From: Calditrichia bacterium
GTDB lineage: Bacteria; Calditrichota; Calditrichia; RBG-13-44-9
Assembly: GCA_037381445.1 (NCBI GenBank)
Contig: JARRQT010000001.1
Coordinates: 19,567-77,422, forward strand
Reading direction: 5' to 3'
DNA: 57,856 bases
Shown here: positions 8,805 to 17,452 of the stretch, piece after piece
Layout: the number at the start of each line of letters is the position of its first letter
How positions within the stretch are numbered: the first letter of the stretch is position 1
Made by a program: the position numbers and the translations under genes
Notes under the pieces: model-generated
Told to the model about the DNA's origin: nothing
The model's database searches: none
The model's input: only the letters and a program-made list of their open reading frames with translations

Positions 8805-10303
8805 CAACGGCTGAACATCAGCGAGAAAATCTCGCGCAGGGATGGCTTCTTCCCATATAATAAACTTCCCACTTTGAACAATTTACCGGCAAAAAAGACG
8901 CTGATAATGATGGACACTACCATGATTCCGATTGAAATATAAAAATCGATGGCCGGGGGATTACCCAAGGGCGTTCGCAGAATCATGAAGGTTGGCGTGA
9001 GGGGAGGAATAAAAGAGAGAATGCGTACCAGAAGAGAATTGGGCGTTTCCAGCACCAGTACCGCAAGCACGATGGGAAAAATGGACAGCATGCGCATAAA
9101 CTGGTTCAGGTTGTGCGCGTCTTCCTCATTGGAGAAGAGTGAACCAATACCAACAAAAATAGAGGCAAAGAACAGGTAGCCCAGAATAAAATAAGTCACA
9201 AACAGGCCGGCGTTTCTCAGAGTCAAAAAACCAATTTCACTGGGTTTTAAGACATTAAATACGATCAGGACTCCGGTAAACAAAAACCAGATAAAAATCT
9301 GGAATATTCCCAGGATGCCAAGTCCGAATATTTTTCCGGCAATCAGCTGATAGTGATTTACCGAGGAGAGCAGCACTTCGATCACCCGGTTGGTTTTTTC
9401 CTGCAGCACACCGCTGAATAAGAAGCCGCTGGAAGTGAAAATGCTTATAAACAGAAAAAGAACAACAATGATGGGGCCCAGATAGGTGATCATAAAATCG
9501 AATTCTTGTTTATCTTCACCATGCAATTGAATCTCCCGCAATTGGACCGGGCTGAGCCATTCCTGGATCTTATCCACACGAATATTATCCTGCTTCATGC
9601 GCGCTTCCACAATAACGACCTGTACTGCCTGCCGCACTGCTTCGATCTGCAGAAAATTTGAAGGCAAAAGAGAATGGAATTCCACAACACCGCCGTAAAA
9701 TTCCTGAGGGTCGATCAAAAGATAACCTTCCAGCAGGTTATCCCGGAGCATGTTATCTGCTTTGTAGATCATTTCCCTTCGCCAAATGGAATCACTCTCG
9801 GTTTTGGTTTTTTCATATTCAAGCTGCGTCAAGTCCCGAGATTCGCGAGTCCGAATCAATTCTTCATAGGTTTGCTTCAGCAGTTGTTCGCGGCTCCGGG
9901 TCTTGGGTTTCTGAAATATATATTTTCGTCTTTCTTTGATCTGGTTGTAAGAATCATTCAGGCTGTCCAGTTCCGTTTTAAGGGAGGCGACCTTAAGGAA
10001 ACGCCTTTGCAGAAAGAGCGAGGTGTCCGGTTTAATGGGGACTAATTGGAGAACTGATTTGTTCTGGGTGTTTTCTTTGAGCTCGATGAATCTTTTCTGG
10101 ATTTCGGGACACACATTTGAAGAATCGAATTCCATGCAGCCAATGATACGGGGCTGCTCGCTGGTTGGATTATCCAGAAAAAGAGTGGGTACCAAAATAA
10201 TAAGGGCCAGCAAAACAGGGGAAACAAAAGTTGCCAGAAGAAAACTGCGGGATTTGAAATGCCTGAAGAATTCCCAGAGAGTAATGATGAAGAATTTTTT
10301 CAT
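8804..10303 (-). CDS. ABC-2 type transporter permease (NatB-like) with a large extracytoplasmic coiled-coil loop
   Basis: N-terminal TM, about 230 hydrophilic K/E/R/L-rich residues, then 5-6 C-terminal TM helices. 4-nt overlap with the upstream ABC ATPase gene. Confidence 0.75.
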   Translation of the reverse strand: MKKFFIITLWEFFRHFKSRSFLLATFVSPVLLALIILVPTLFLDNPTSEQPRIIGCMEFDSSNVCPEIQKRFIELKENTQNKSVLQLVPIKPDTSLFLQRRFLKVASLKTELDSLNDSYNQIKERRKYIFQKPKTRSREQLLKQTYEELIRTRESRDLTQLEYEKTKTESDSIWRREMIYKADNMLRDNLLEGYLLIDPQEFYGGVVEFHSLLPSNFLQIEAVRQAVQVVIVEARMKQDNIRVDKIQEWLSPVQLREIQLHGEDKQEFDFMITYLGPIIVVLFLFISIFTSSGFLFSGVLQEKTNRVIEVLLSSVNHYQLIAGKIFGLGILGIFQIFIWFLFTGVLIVFNVLKPSEIGFLTLRNAGLFVTYFILGYLFFASIFVGIGSLFSNEEDAHNLNQFMRMLSIFPIVLAVLVLETPNSLLVRILSFIPPLTPTFMILRTPLGNPPAIDFYISIGIMVVSIIISVFFAGKLFKVGSLLYGKKPSLREIFSLMFSR

Positions 10304-11199
10304 GATTTACTGTTCTTGATTATTTTGAGAAATATATCGTTCAGACTGGGTTTGCTGAGCTCGAAGCGGGTTATGTTTACGGAACTGACGATTTCCTTAA
10401 GAAGGAGATCCACAGGCGCATTTTCGTCCACATAGAGCAGTGCCCGTGAATCTTCGAGCACAATTTTCTGCAGATCGGGCAGTTCCTGAAGGGCCTTGAG
10501 ATTTTGCGGCGATTCCACAATGATAATATTTTCCCGGAAATTCTTCCTGATTTCTTCCAGGCTTCCCCTCAGAACGTCCTCTCCATGGTCGATTAGCACA
10601 AAATAATCACACAGGGCCTCGGCCTCGGATAACTGGTGCGTGGACAGCAAAATAGTTTTGCCTTCATTTCTGAGCGCTTTGATTTTTTCACGGATCACTT
10701 GCTGATTGAATGGATCGAGCCCCCAGAATGGTTCGTCCAGAATGATGATGTCCGGATTGTGGAGGAGAGAAATCAAAAGCTGCAATTTCTGCTGTAAACC
10801 CTTTGAAAGGTTCGATACCGGCTGCTCCAGGTACTCAATCATGTCGAAACGGTCCAGATGCCGTACGGCCTCTACATGGCTCATTCGCCTGGACAAATTT
10901 TTGAGGCGTCCCAGATACAGCAGGACATCGATCACTTTGTATTTCTGGTAAATCCCGCGCTCTTCCGGCAGGTAGCCGATCCTGTTGCGCACATTTCGAT
11001 TGATCTGCTTGCCATCGAAATTGATTTTTCCTTCATCCGGCCGCAGAATGTCCAGAATCATGCGCAGGGTAGTGGTTTTTCCTGCTCCGTTAGGGCCAAG
11101 CAGACCCAGTATCTGGCCCGGCTCGATGGTAAAGGACAAATCCCTGACCACGAACGTCGTCCGGAAAGCCTTGGAAACATTTTCAACCGATATATTCAT
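10300..11199 (-). CDS. ABC transporter ATP-binding protein (NatA-like)
   Basis: Walker A GPNGAGKTT, signature LSKGLQQK, Walker B IIILDEP, H-loop STHQL. Confidence 0.9.
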   Translation of the reverse strand: MNISVENVSKAFRTTFVVRDLSFTIEPGQILGLLGPNGAGKTTTLRMILDILRPDEGKINFDGKQINRNVRNRIGYLPEERGIYQKYKVIDVLLYLGRLKNLSRRMSHVEAVRHLDRFDMIEYLEQPVSNLSKGLQQKLQLLISLLHNPDIIILDEPFWGLDPFNQQVIREKIKALRNEGKTILLSTHQLSEAEALCDYFVLIDHGEDVLRGSLEEIRKNFRENIIIVESPQNLKALQELPDLQKIVLEDSRALLYVDENAPVDLLLKEIVSSVNITRFELSKPSLNDIFLKIIKNSKS

Positions 11200-11896
11200 T
11201 GTTCTCTAAAAATTCTGCCTTTCCGGCGGTAGCCGAAATAAGCTCTGTTTTGAACTCTTCGATTCTGGAAGGCGCAATGCCGATAACCGATACCATTCCT
11301 TCGGGCGATGCATCATCCTGAATGCGCGCCTCATATTTTTGTACCAGGTGCTGCACCTTGTTAATCATCTCAAAAGGGTAGGAGATCCTGAGCTGCTCAT
11401 AGATCAATTTCTTCCTAATTCTGCTGCCTTTAACCGCCTCCTCGGCGCACTCGCTGTAGGCCCGAATAAGGCCGCCGGTACCAAGTTTGGTGCCTCCGAA
11501 GTAGCGGGTCACTACCATAACAACCTTTATTAGATGATATTTATCGATCATGGATAGAATGGGGCGTCCGGCGGTGCCGGAAGGCTCCCCGTCATCTGAA
11601 TAGCGAAAAACACTTTCATCAACGCGATAAGCAAAGCAGTTGTGGGTGGCATTATGGAATTCTTTTCGGATCGATTCCAGAAATTTTTCCGCATCCGTTT
11701 CGTTTTCGGCAGGGGAAAGAGTTCCGATAAATTGTGATCCCTTAACCTTGGTTTCAACCCGGCGAATGTCCTCCACCGTCAAATAGTAATCGGCTATGTT
11801 GATAGTATCCTCTTTCCTTAAAAAACACGGAGAAAAAATATAATTATTTCCGGGTAATTTGTCAAGAAGTAAGGTAACCTCTCGGTATCGGCGCAC
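11183..11896 (-). CDS. YigZ / IMPACT (UPF0029) family protein
   Basis: KGSQFIGTL, HNCFAYRV, DDGEPSGTAGRPIL, VVTRYFGGTKLGTGGL. The 5' end is uncertain: GTG at 11896, with no ATG until far downstream. Confidence 0.75.
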   Translation of the reverse strand: MRRYREVTLLLDKLPGNNYIFSPCFLRKEDTINIADYYLTVEDIRRVETKVKGSQFIGTLSPAENETDAEKFLESIRKEFHNATHNCFAYRVDESVFRYSDDGEPSGTAGRPILSMIDKYHLIKVVMVVTRYFGGTKLGTGGLIRAYSECAEEAVKGSRIRKKLIYEQLRISYPFEMINKVQHLVQKYEARIQDDASPEGMVSVIGIAPSRIEEFKTELISATAGKAEFLENNEYIG

Positions 11897-11941
11897 CCGA
11901 AGAAAGAGAGATTACCCTTAGAAAGTGAATGAGGAAAACAT

Positions 11942-11989
11942 AGAAGAAAACCCGGGATTCATTGGTTTTTCGTCCTGTGAACTCCCGGG
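11942..11989 (-). terminator. Terminator candidate downstream of the S46 peptidase gene
   Basis: On the minus strand, CCCGGGA(G)TTCA-16 nt-TGAATCCCGGG followed by TTTTCTTCT. Confidence 0.4.
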
Positions 11990-12046
11990 CCAATTGAATG
12001 AAAAATCTGAAGAAAGTTTCATTTCATGTAAAATGAAGCTGACAGA

Positions 12047-14203
12047 CTATTTGACGATATCCAGTTCATTCAGCAGATTCTGCGCATTTGAATATTTATC
12101 AAGTATGAAAAGCACATAATCACTATCCACCGCGATGGTTCTGGTAACCGCCGGAAGAAAAATGTAATCGCTGCTGATGGATTCGTAATTGCCGTCGAAG
12201 GCGATTCCGATGAGCTGCCCTTTGCCGTTGATTACCGGACTGCCGGAATTGCCCCCCGTTATATCCGTTGTGCACAGAAAATCAACAGGAACGTCCTTTA
12301 AAGAAGGATCTTCATATGGTCCGAAATCTTTCGTTTTCTCCAATTGGATCAATTTCTGCGGGGCATTGAACGGCTCCTCGCCGGTATTTTTCTGAACCAT
12401 GCCTTCCAGGGTCGTGAACGGCAGATATTCTACCGCATTTCTGGGACTGTATCCCCGGACGGTGCCGTAGGTGAAGCGCAGGGTACGGTTTGCATCGGGA
12501 TACAGGTGATTCCCTTTCCACTGGAGCATTGCTTCCATGAATTGTGAACGCAGGTCCATTATGTTGGCGTTAAATTCCCTGGTTTGATCACTTATCTTCA
12601 CCATTTCATCGGCTATCTGCCCGATAAACTGAATCATTGGATCGCTGTCTGCCTTGAGCTGTTTCAATTTTTCACTGAACAAAGGCTCGACCTGGGCCGG
12701 CGTCTTATATTGGGTATTTGCGTACAGATTGTCAACGTAGCTTTCGACCGTTTTTTTCATGGCACTGCCGGTCTGATTCCCGACAATCGCTTCTATGAAT
12801 TTTACCTGTTGTCCGGCCGGTAGTTGGGCCATGTTAATAAGAAAAGTTTTGAGCAGTTCCTTGTCGGCTATCGGCACATAATCCTTCTCTTCATATTTCA
12901 GGGATTCCAGCATTTCTTCCATGTTTTTCTTTGAATATTCGGGATTTCGCTCCGCTTTTGGTTTCTCTCGTTCCATTGCATAACGATAGGCCTGATAGAC
13001 AGTATTGGGCAGATCGATGAATCTGAAAAAACGGATCCAGGCATCCCTGCGGGCAGTCAACTGAATATCAGCGTACTGGTCCCCGATTTGATTCAGCACA
13101 TCTCCGTATTTCTTCTGCAAATCCGGACTGCTGTTTATGTATTTCACAAATTCTTTTTCATCCTGCTTTTTCATGTCAACCAGGTGAAAGCGTTTGAAAC
13201 CGTTCAGCATCCCCTGATTGTTTTTGAGCGCATTGTTCAGTCCTTTAATAAAACCGGATAGTTTGATGGCATTTTCCGGATCTTTCTGCGATTCGGCGTT
13301 CAAAACATCCAGCGCTGCCGTATATATCTCAATCCGTGTGGGATATCCGATGTACTGGTTAAATTCCAGCGAATAGGAGGTCCGGTAGCGGTAGGTGGTA
13401 CCGGGATAACCCAGCACAAAGGTGAAACTGTTGCTTTTGGGACCGGTCCGGGAAATGGGCAAATATTTTGAAGGCACATAGGGCACATTATTCTTTGAAT
13501 AGTTTGCCGGCTGTCCTTTGGGTGAGGCATAAACCCTGAAAATTGAGAAATCGCCGGTCTGGCGGGGCCACATCCAGTTGTCTATCTCGCCTCCATAGTC
13601 TCCAATGTTGAGCGGAGGCGCATACACTAGGCGCACATCTTTAAATTTCTTGTAGGTGAAGAGAAAATACTTCAGTCCGCTGTACATATCCACCACCCTG
13701 GCATCCGTGAATTCATTCTTTTCGGCCTTTTCCTCAATCTCCTGCTTTTTTCTGTCGATTGCCTTCTGTTTTTCCAGAGGGGTCATTCCCTTTTTCACTA
13801 CTGACAGCACCTGCTGAGTGACGTCCTTGACCGACTCTGGTACCCTAACGTCATAGGTGGGAACCGAAATTTCCTCTTCCCGGGTTTTTGCGTAAAACCC
13901 GGTTTGGATATAATTGTGCTCCACGTTACTTGCATATTGTATTGCATTAAAAGCCACATGGTGGTTGGTGAGAATCAATCCTTTTGAAGAAACGAATTCA
14001 CCGGTCCCGCCGTCTATCAGCACTACCGCCTCCTGCATTGTCTGAACTTCAGCCGGCGTCAATTGCATTCCTTCGGCCTGCAGCTTTTGCCAATCCAATG
14101 CATTGAGTTGATTGAGGGGCCACATTCCCTCTTCCGCGAAAGCAGATATAGCCAGAAACAACACCATCATCAGAATTGAAATTGCATATAATTTTCTGAA
14201 CAT
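12047..14203 (-). CDS. S46 family serine dipeptidyl-peptidase (DPP7/DPP11-like), secreted
   Basis: Signal peptide, then EEGMWP. Catalytic-region motifs LTNHHV and TTDITGGNSGSPV..G..IG. Start set at ATG 14203, preceded by GGGAGG; the track ORF begins at an upstream TTG. Confidence 0.85.
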   Translation of the reverse strand: MFRKLYAISILMMVLFLAISAFAEEGMWPLNQLNALDWQKLQAEGMQLTPAEVQTMQEAVVLIDGGTGEFVSSKGLILTNHHVAFNAIQYASNVEHNYIQTGFYAKTREEEISVPTYDVRVPESVKDVTQQVLSVVKKGMTPLEKQKAIDRKKQEIEEKAEKNEFTDARVVDMYSGLKYFLFTYKKFKDVRLVYAPPLNIGDYGGEIDNWMWPRQTGDFSIFRVYASPKGQPANYSKNNVPYVPSKYLPISRTGPKSNSFTFVLGYPGTTYRYRTSYSLEFNQYIGYPTRIEIYTAALDVLNAESQKDPENAIKLSGFIKGLNNALKNNQGMLNGFKRFHLVDMKKQDEKEFVKYINSSPDLQKKYGDVLNQIGDQYADIQLTARRDAWIRFFRFIDLPNTVYQAYRYAMEREKPKAERNPEYSKKNMEEMLESLKYEEKDYVPIADKELLKTFLINMAQLPAGQQVKFIEAIVGNQTGSAMKKTVESYVDNLYANTQYKTPAQVEPLFSEKLKQLKADSDPMIQFIGQIADEMVKISDQTREFNANIMDLRSQFMEAMLQWKGNHLYPDANRTLRFTYGTVRGYSPRNAVEYLPFTTLEGMVQKNTGEEPFNAPQKLIQLEKTKDFGPYEDPSLKDVPVDFLCTTDITGGNSGSPVINGKGQLIGIAFDGNYESISSDYIFLPAVTRTIAVDSDYVLFILDKYSNAQNLLNELDIVK

Positions 14204-14315
14204 GAGAAACCTCCCGTACAAAATTGATTTTATTTTAATTGTGCAGGAAATTTAAACTCTTTGATGAAGAAATGATGAAAATCGACAGCTCGGAAGAGGC
14301 TTTTATGGGAAATTG

Positions 14316-15305
14316 TCAAAGTTTTAGAGACCGCTTTTCCCGGGATTGACTCATCAATGATTTGGGCGTATGAAGAATTGCCCATCCGCCAATGACGATG
14401 CCCATGAGAAGTCCGGCAATCACATCTGTAAAATAGTGGTATTGTCCGTACACCGTAGCGGCGGAAAGTGCAAGAACCATGGGAAGGAAAACAAACATTG
14501 CCGTTTTGGGTTTGAATTTCCACATAAAGATCAGAATGGTAACCGCCACCCCGACATGGGAGCTGGGGAACGCCCCGCCGCGGAATCCGACATTCTGGAC
14601 GAAGTGCCGCAAAATATTTCCGAAGAACAGCGAATGATAGGAGGCGTGTATCTGCCCGGCGATATAAAAACGGGGACCCGCAACCGGGAAAAAAATGAAA
14701 ACCAGATAGGAAAAGAAAAATGTGAAGGTGACATAATAAAGAAGTTTTTCAAACAAGCGGGGCTGTTTGCTGAAATAGAATATGGCGCCGCCCAGCGGAA
14801 TGGTAAACCAGTAAATGCTGTAGGAAATCTGCATAAACTCTGTCAGTTGCGGATTGACATAGTTTTGTATCCAGACATTTGGCAGGACTCCGAAAATCCA
14901 TTTGTCCATGTGGATGATAAACGGATCAAATTCCCGGTATGTAACGAGATGCAGGAAGAATCCAACATCGGAATAGAGAAAGGGGAGAATCAGGATGATA
15001 TACCAGTCCCTCAGAAAACGCAAAACCGGTTTGGTTTGTTTGTCCAGCCAGGGAATGATGAAAAACAGGGCGCCGACCAGGAAAAGGTGGCCAAAGAAGA
15101 ATATATACCAATAATTCAGATTGCCCTGAAATACAAGAATTACAAGTGATAAAATTAGTCCGTATATTGCCAAATTTCGATCAAATAATTTGAATCGTTT
15201 CCAGCGTCCCGCAATATCCATTTCCATGCGCATCTCTGTGGGTATCCCTTCGCTTGATAGTTTCCGTCGAACCATTCGATATACCTTAATAAGTCTGGCA
15301 TCCAT
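14316..15305 (-). CDS. PAP2-superfamily integral membrane enzyme (lipid phosphatase / head-group transferase-like)
   Basis: Multiple TM helices. PAP2 C2/C3-type motifs PSSHVGVAV and HYFTDVIAG. Its ATG directly abuts the upstream stop (TAAATG). Confidence 0.7.
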   Translation of the reverse strand: MDARLIKVYRMVRRKLSSEGIPTEMRMEMDIAGRWKRFKLFDRNLAIYGLILSLVILVFQGNLNYWYIFFFGHLFLVGALFFIIPWLDKQTKPVLRFLRDWYIILILPFLYSDVGFFLHLVTYREFDPFIIHMDKWIFGVLPNVWIQNYVNPQLTEFMQISYSIYWFTIPLGGAIFYFSKQPRLFEKLLYYVTFTFFFSYLVFIFFPVAGPRFYIAGQIHASYHSLFFGNILRHFVQNVGFRGGAFPSSHVGVAVTILIFMWKFKPKTAMFVFLPMVLALSAATVYGQYHYFTDVIAGLLMGIVIGGWAILHTPKSLMSQSREKRSLKL

Positions 15306-17279
15306 TTATTCAACATTTATAATGATCAGCGTGACGTCGTCCGAGAGCTCCCGCTGGGCACTGAATTTACGAATTTCTTTCAGCAAAAGTGTCTGAATTT
15401 CTGAAGGTTTTTTTCCGTAATTGTCCAGGATGAATTTTATCAACCGGTCATCTCCGAATTCCTGACCCTGGCTATTTTTTATTTCGGTGACGCCGTCTGT
15501 GAAGAAAACCAGATAATCGCCGGACTGCAATCTTACGGTTTCCTGACGATACTCCTGGTTTCCGAGAAAGCCGAGCACAATGCCGCCGATTGTAAGTCTT
15601 TCGACCGAATGATCCCTGCGCAGCAGAATGGGGGCATTATGTCCGGCATTTGTATAGGTAAACTCATTCCTGCTTTTGTCAATTATGCCGAAAACGAAGG
15701 TGGCAAAATATCCCTCGGCAGTAGTTTCGGTGAACAGATTATTTAGCCGCGCCACAATCTCTACCACGGGATAGATTTCTTTCAGCAGGCTTTTGAAACC
15801 TGCATAAAGCATGGCCATGAGTATGGAGGCCGGCGCGCCTTTGCCCGAAACATCTCCGATTGCCACAGCCAGCCTGGTCTCACTGAAACGGAAGATATCA
15901 AAAAAATCTCCCCCCACAATCAAGGACGGTATATTAACTGTCCCGATTTTTAATCCTTTGAAATGAGGCGGTCGGTCCGGGAGAAGCGCTTTCTGAACTT
16001 TGGAGGCAACAATCAGCTCGCTCTCCAGCCTTTTTTTCTGTAGCGATTCTTCATAGAGTTGCGCATTTTCAATGGCTATGACCGCCTGGCTGGCGAAAGT
16101 CATGAGAAGCTCCAGATCCGCCGGAGTGAAATGATTGATCCGGTTGCTCTCCAGCGCCATCACGCCTTTAACTTCTTCACCGTTCAGCAGGGGAACGGTG
16201 AGCTGGGAACGGGTTGCCCGACGGACGGGATAGTAATAAGCATCGGCCGATACATCATTGATGATGCTTGGTTTTTTATTGCGGATGACCCATCCGTAGC
16301 TGCCCAAATCCAGTTTGAGGGACAGCTTGTCGAGCAGGTCTGTGTTATAGCCCCGGGTGACCATCCTGCGCAGGACATTGTTTTGTTCATCGATCAGAAA
16401 AATTCCGGCGGCGTCCGAGCTGACCAACTGATGGACCGAATCAATTATGGTTTCAAGCACATCATTCAGGTGCAGGATTGCGGAAATTTTTTTGCCGATT
16501 TCCAGCAAAAGATGATTTTGCAGCGACTTTCTGTTCACTTCCGAATAGAGCTGCGAGTTTTCCAGCACATCAGCGGTTTTGTTCAGAATCCGCATTATCA
16601 TCTTCTTCAGTTCCCAGAAATGCAGGTAGTAGTTGAAATTCCGCCCCAAAAGCAGAAATCCAACATATCCCTTATAGCTTTTCAGCGGATAAAAGTAGTA
16701 GAAATCGTTTGTTTCCGGGAGGTCTCTGAATATCTTTTTAAAATTCCCGCTCTTTTGCCGCAGTCTGGAGAGAGAATGAAAATCGATCTCCTCTTTCAGT
16801 ATCTTGTCCAGTATGGCATTTGTAGGAAGTTTGAAAAGTTTCGAAATTTTTTCCTCGATGCGGTTTTGTTCGAAGAGTTCATAATCTTCGCCCCAGCGCA
16901 GATAGAAAGCCCATGAATTTTCAGGAAAAGTCGTTTTCAGAAATTGAATGAATTTCCTGATCAGGGTCTGGTAATCAAGTGTGGAATTCAGCTCGACATT
17001 GAAATTGTTGAGGGAGCGATTGACGGCGTAGATTCTGCGGTAGAACGTTTTATCGATGAAATCACGGATGATATAGGTGGTTTGTTCATGAAAATAGATG
17101 GTGATCATGAGCGTGATAAAGAGAGCCGGCGCCGGGTGGCGTATTCCCAGTAAAATCTCCAGGACGAAATACCATACCAGAAAAAAGAGGATATACACCA
17201 GACTGGTCAGGAATACCCTGAGAAATTTTTTAAAGTATGGTCGGGTTTTCAATCTGTTATCCTCATAAAGAATCATCAA
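15306..17279 (-). CDS. Membrane-anchored GAF-domain PP2C (SpoIIE-family) protein phosphatase
   Basis: N-terminal TM helices and a central GAF-like region. PP2C/SpoIIE motifs GGDFFD, GDVSGKGAPAS, FFTDGVTE, DDVTLIIINV. Confidence 0.85.
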   Translation of the reverse strand: MMILYEDNRLKTRPYFKKFLRVFLTSLVYILFFLVWYFVLEILLGIRHPAPALFITLMITIYFHEQTTYIIRDFIDKTFYRRIYAVNRSLNNFNVELNSTLDYQTLIRKFIQFLKTTFPENSWAFYLRWGEDYELFEQNRIEEKISKLFKLPTNAILDKILKEEIDFHSLSRLRQKSGNFKKIFRDLPETNDFYYFYPLKSYKGYVGFLLLGRNFNYYLHFWELKKMIMRILNKTADVLENSQLYSEVNRKSLQNHLLLEIGKKISAILHLNDVLETIIDSVHQLVSSDAAGIFLIDEQNNVLRRMVTRGYNTDLLDKLSLKLDLGSYGWVIRNKKPSIINDVSADAYYYPVRRATRSQLTVPLLNGEEVKGVMALESNRINHFTPADLELLMTFASQAVIAIENAQLYEESLQKKRLESELIVASKVQKALLPDRPPHFKGLKIGTVNIPSLIVGGDFFDIFRFSETRLAVAIGDVSGKGAPASILMAMLYAGFKSLLKEIYPVVEIVARLNNLFTETTAEGYFATFVFGIIDKSRNEFTYTNAGHNAPILLRRDHSVERLTIGGIVLGFLGNQEYRQETVRLQSGDYLVFFTDGVTEIKNSQGQEFGDDRLIKFILDNYGKKPSEIQTLLLKEIRKFSAQRELSDDVTLIIINVE

Positions 17280-17452
17280 ATATAGCAGGAGAATGCAAAT
17301 GAAATCAAGAGATTCCCAATTCCATAATATTGAGGTGATTCACCGTCCGAAATTCATGGAATAATCCCGACCAGGCCTGAATTTTAAGCGGCCCGCTTTC
17401 CCCGAACCTGAGAAATCTGTTTAGCTGTACGGATTGGCGAAATTGAAAGTGA

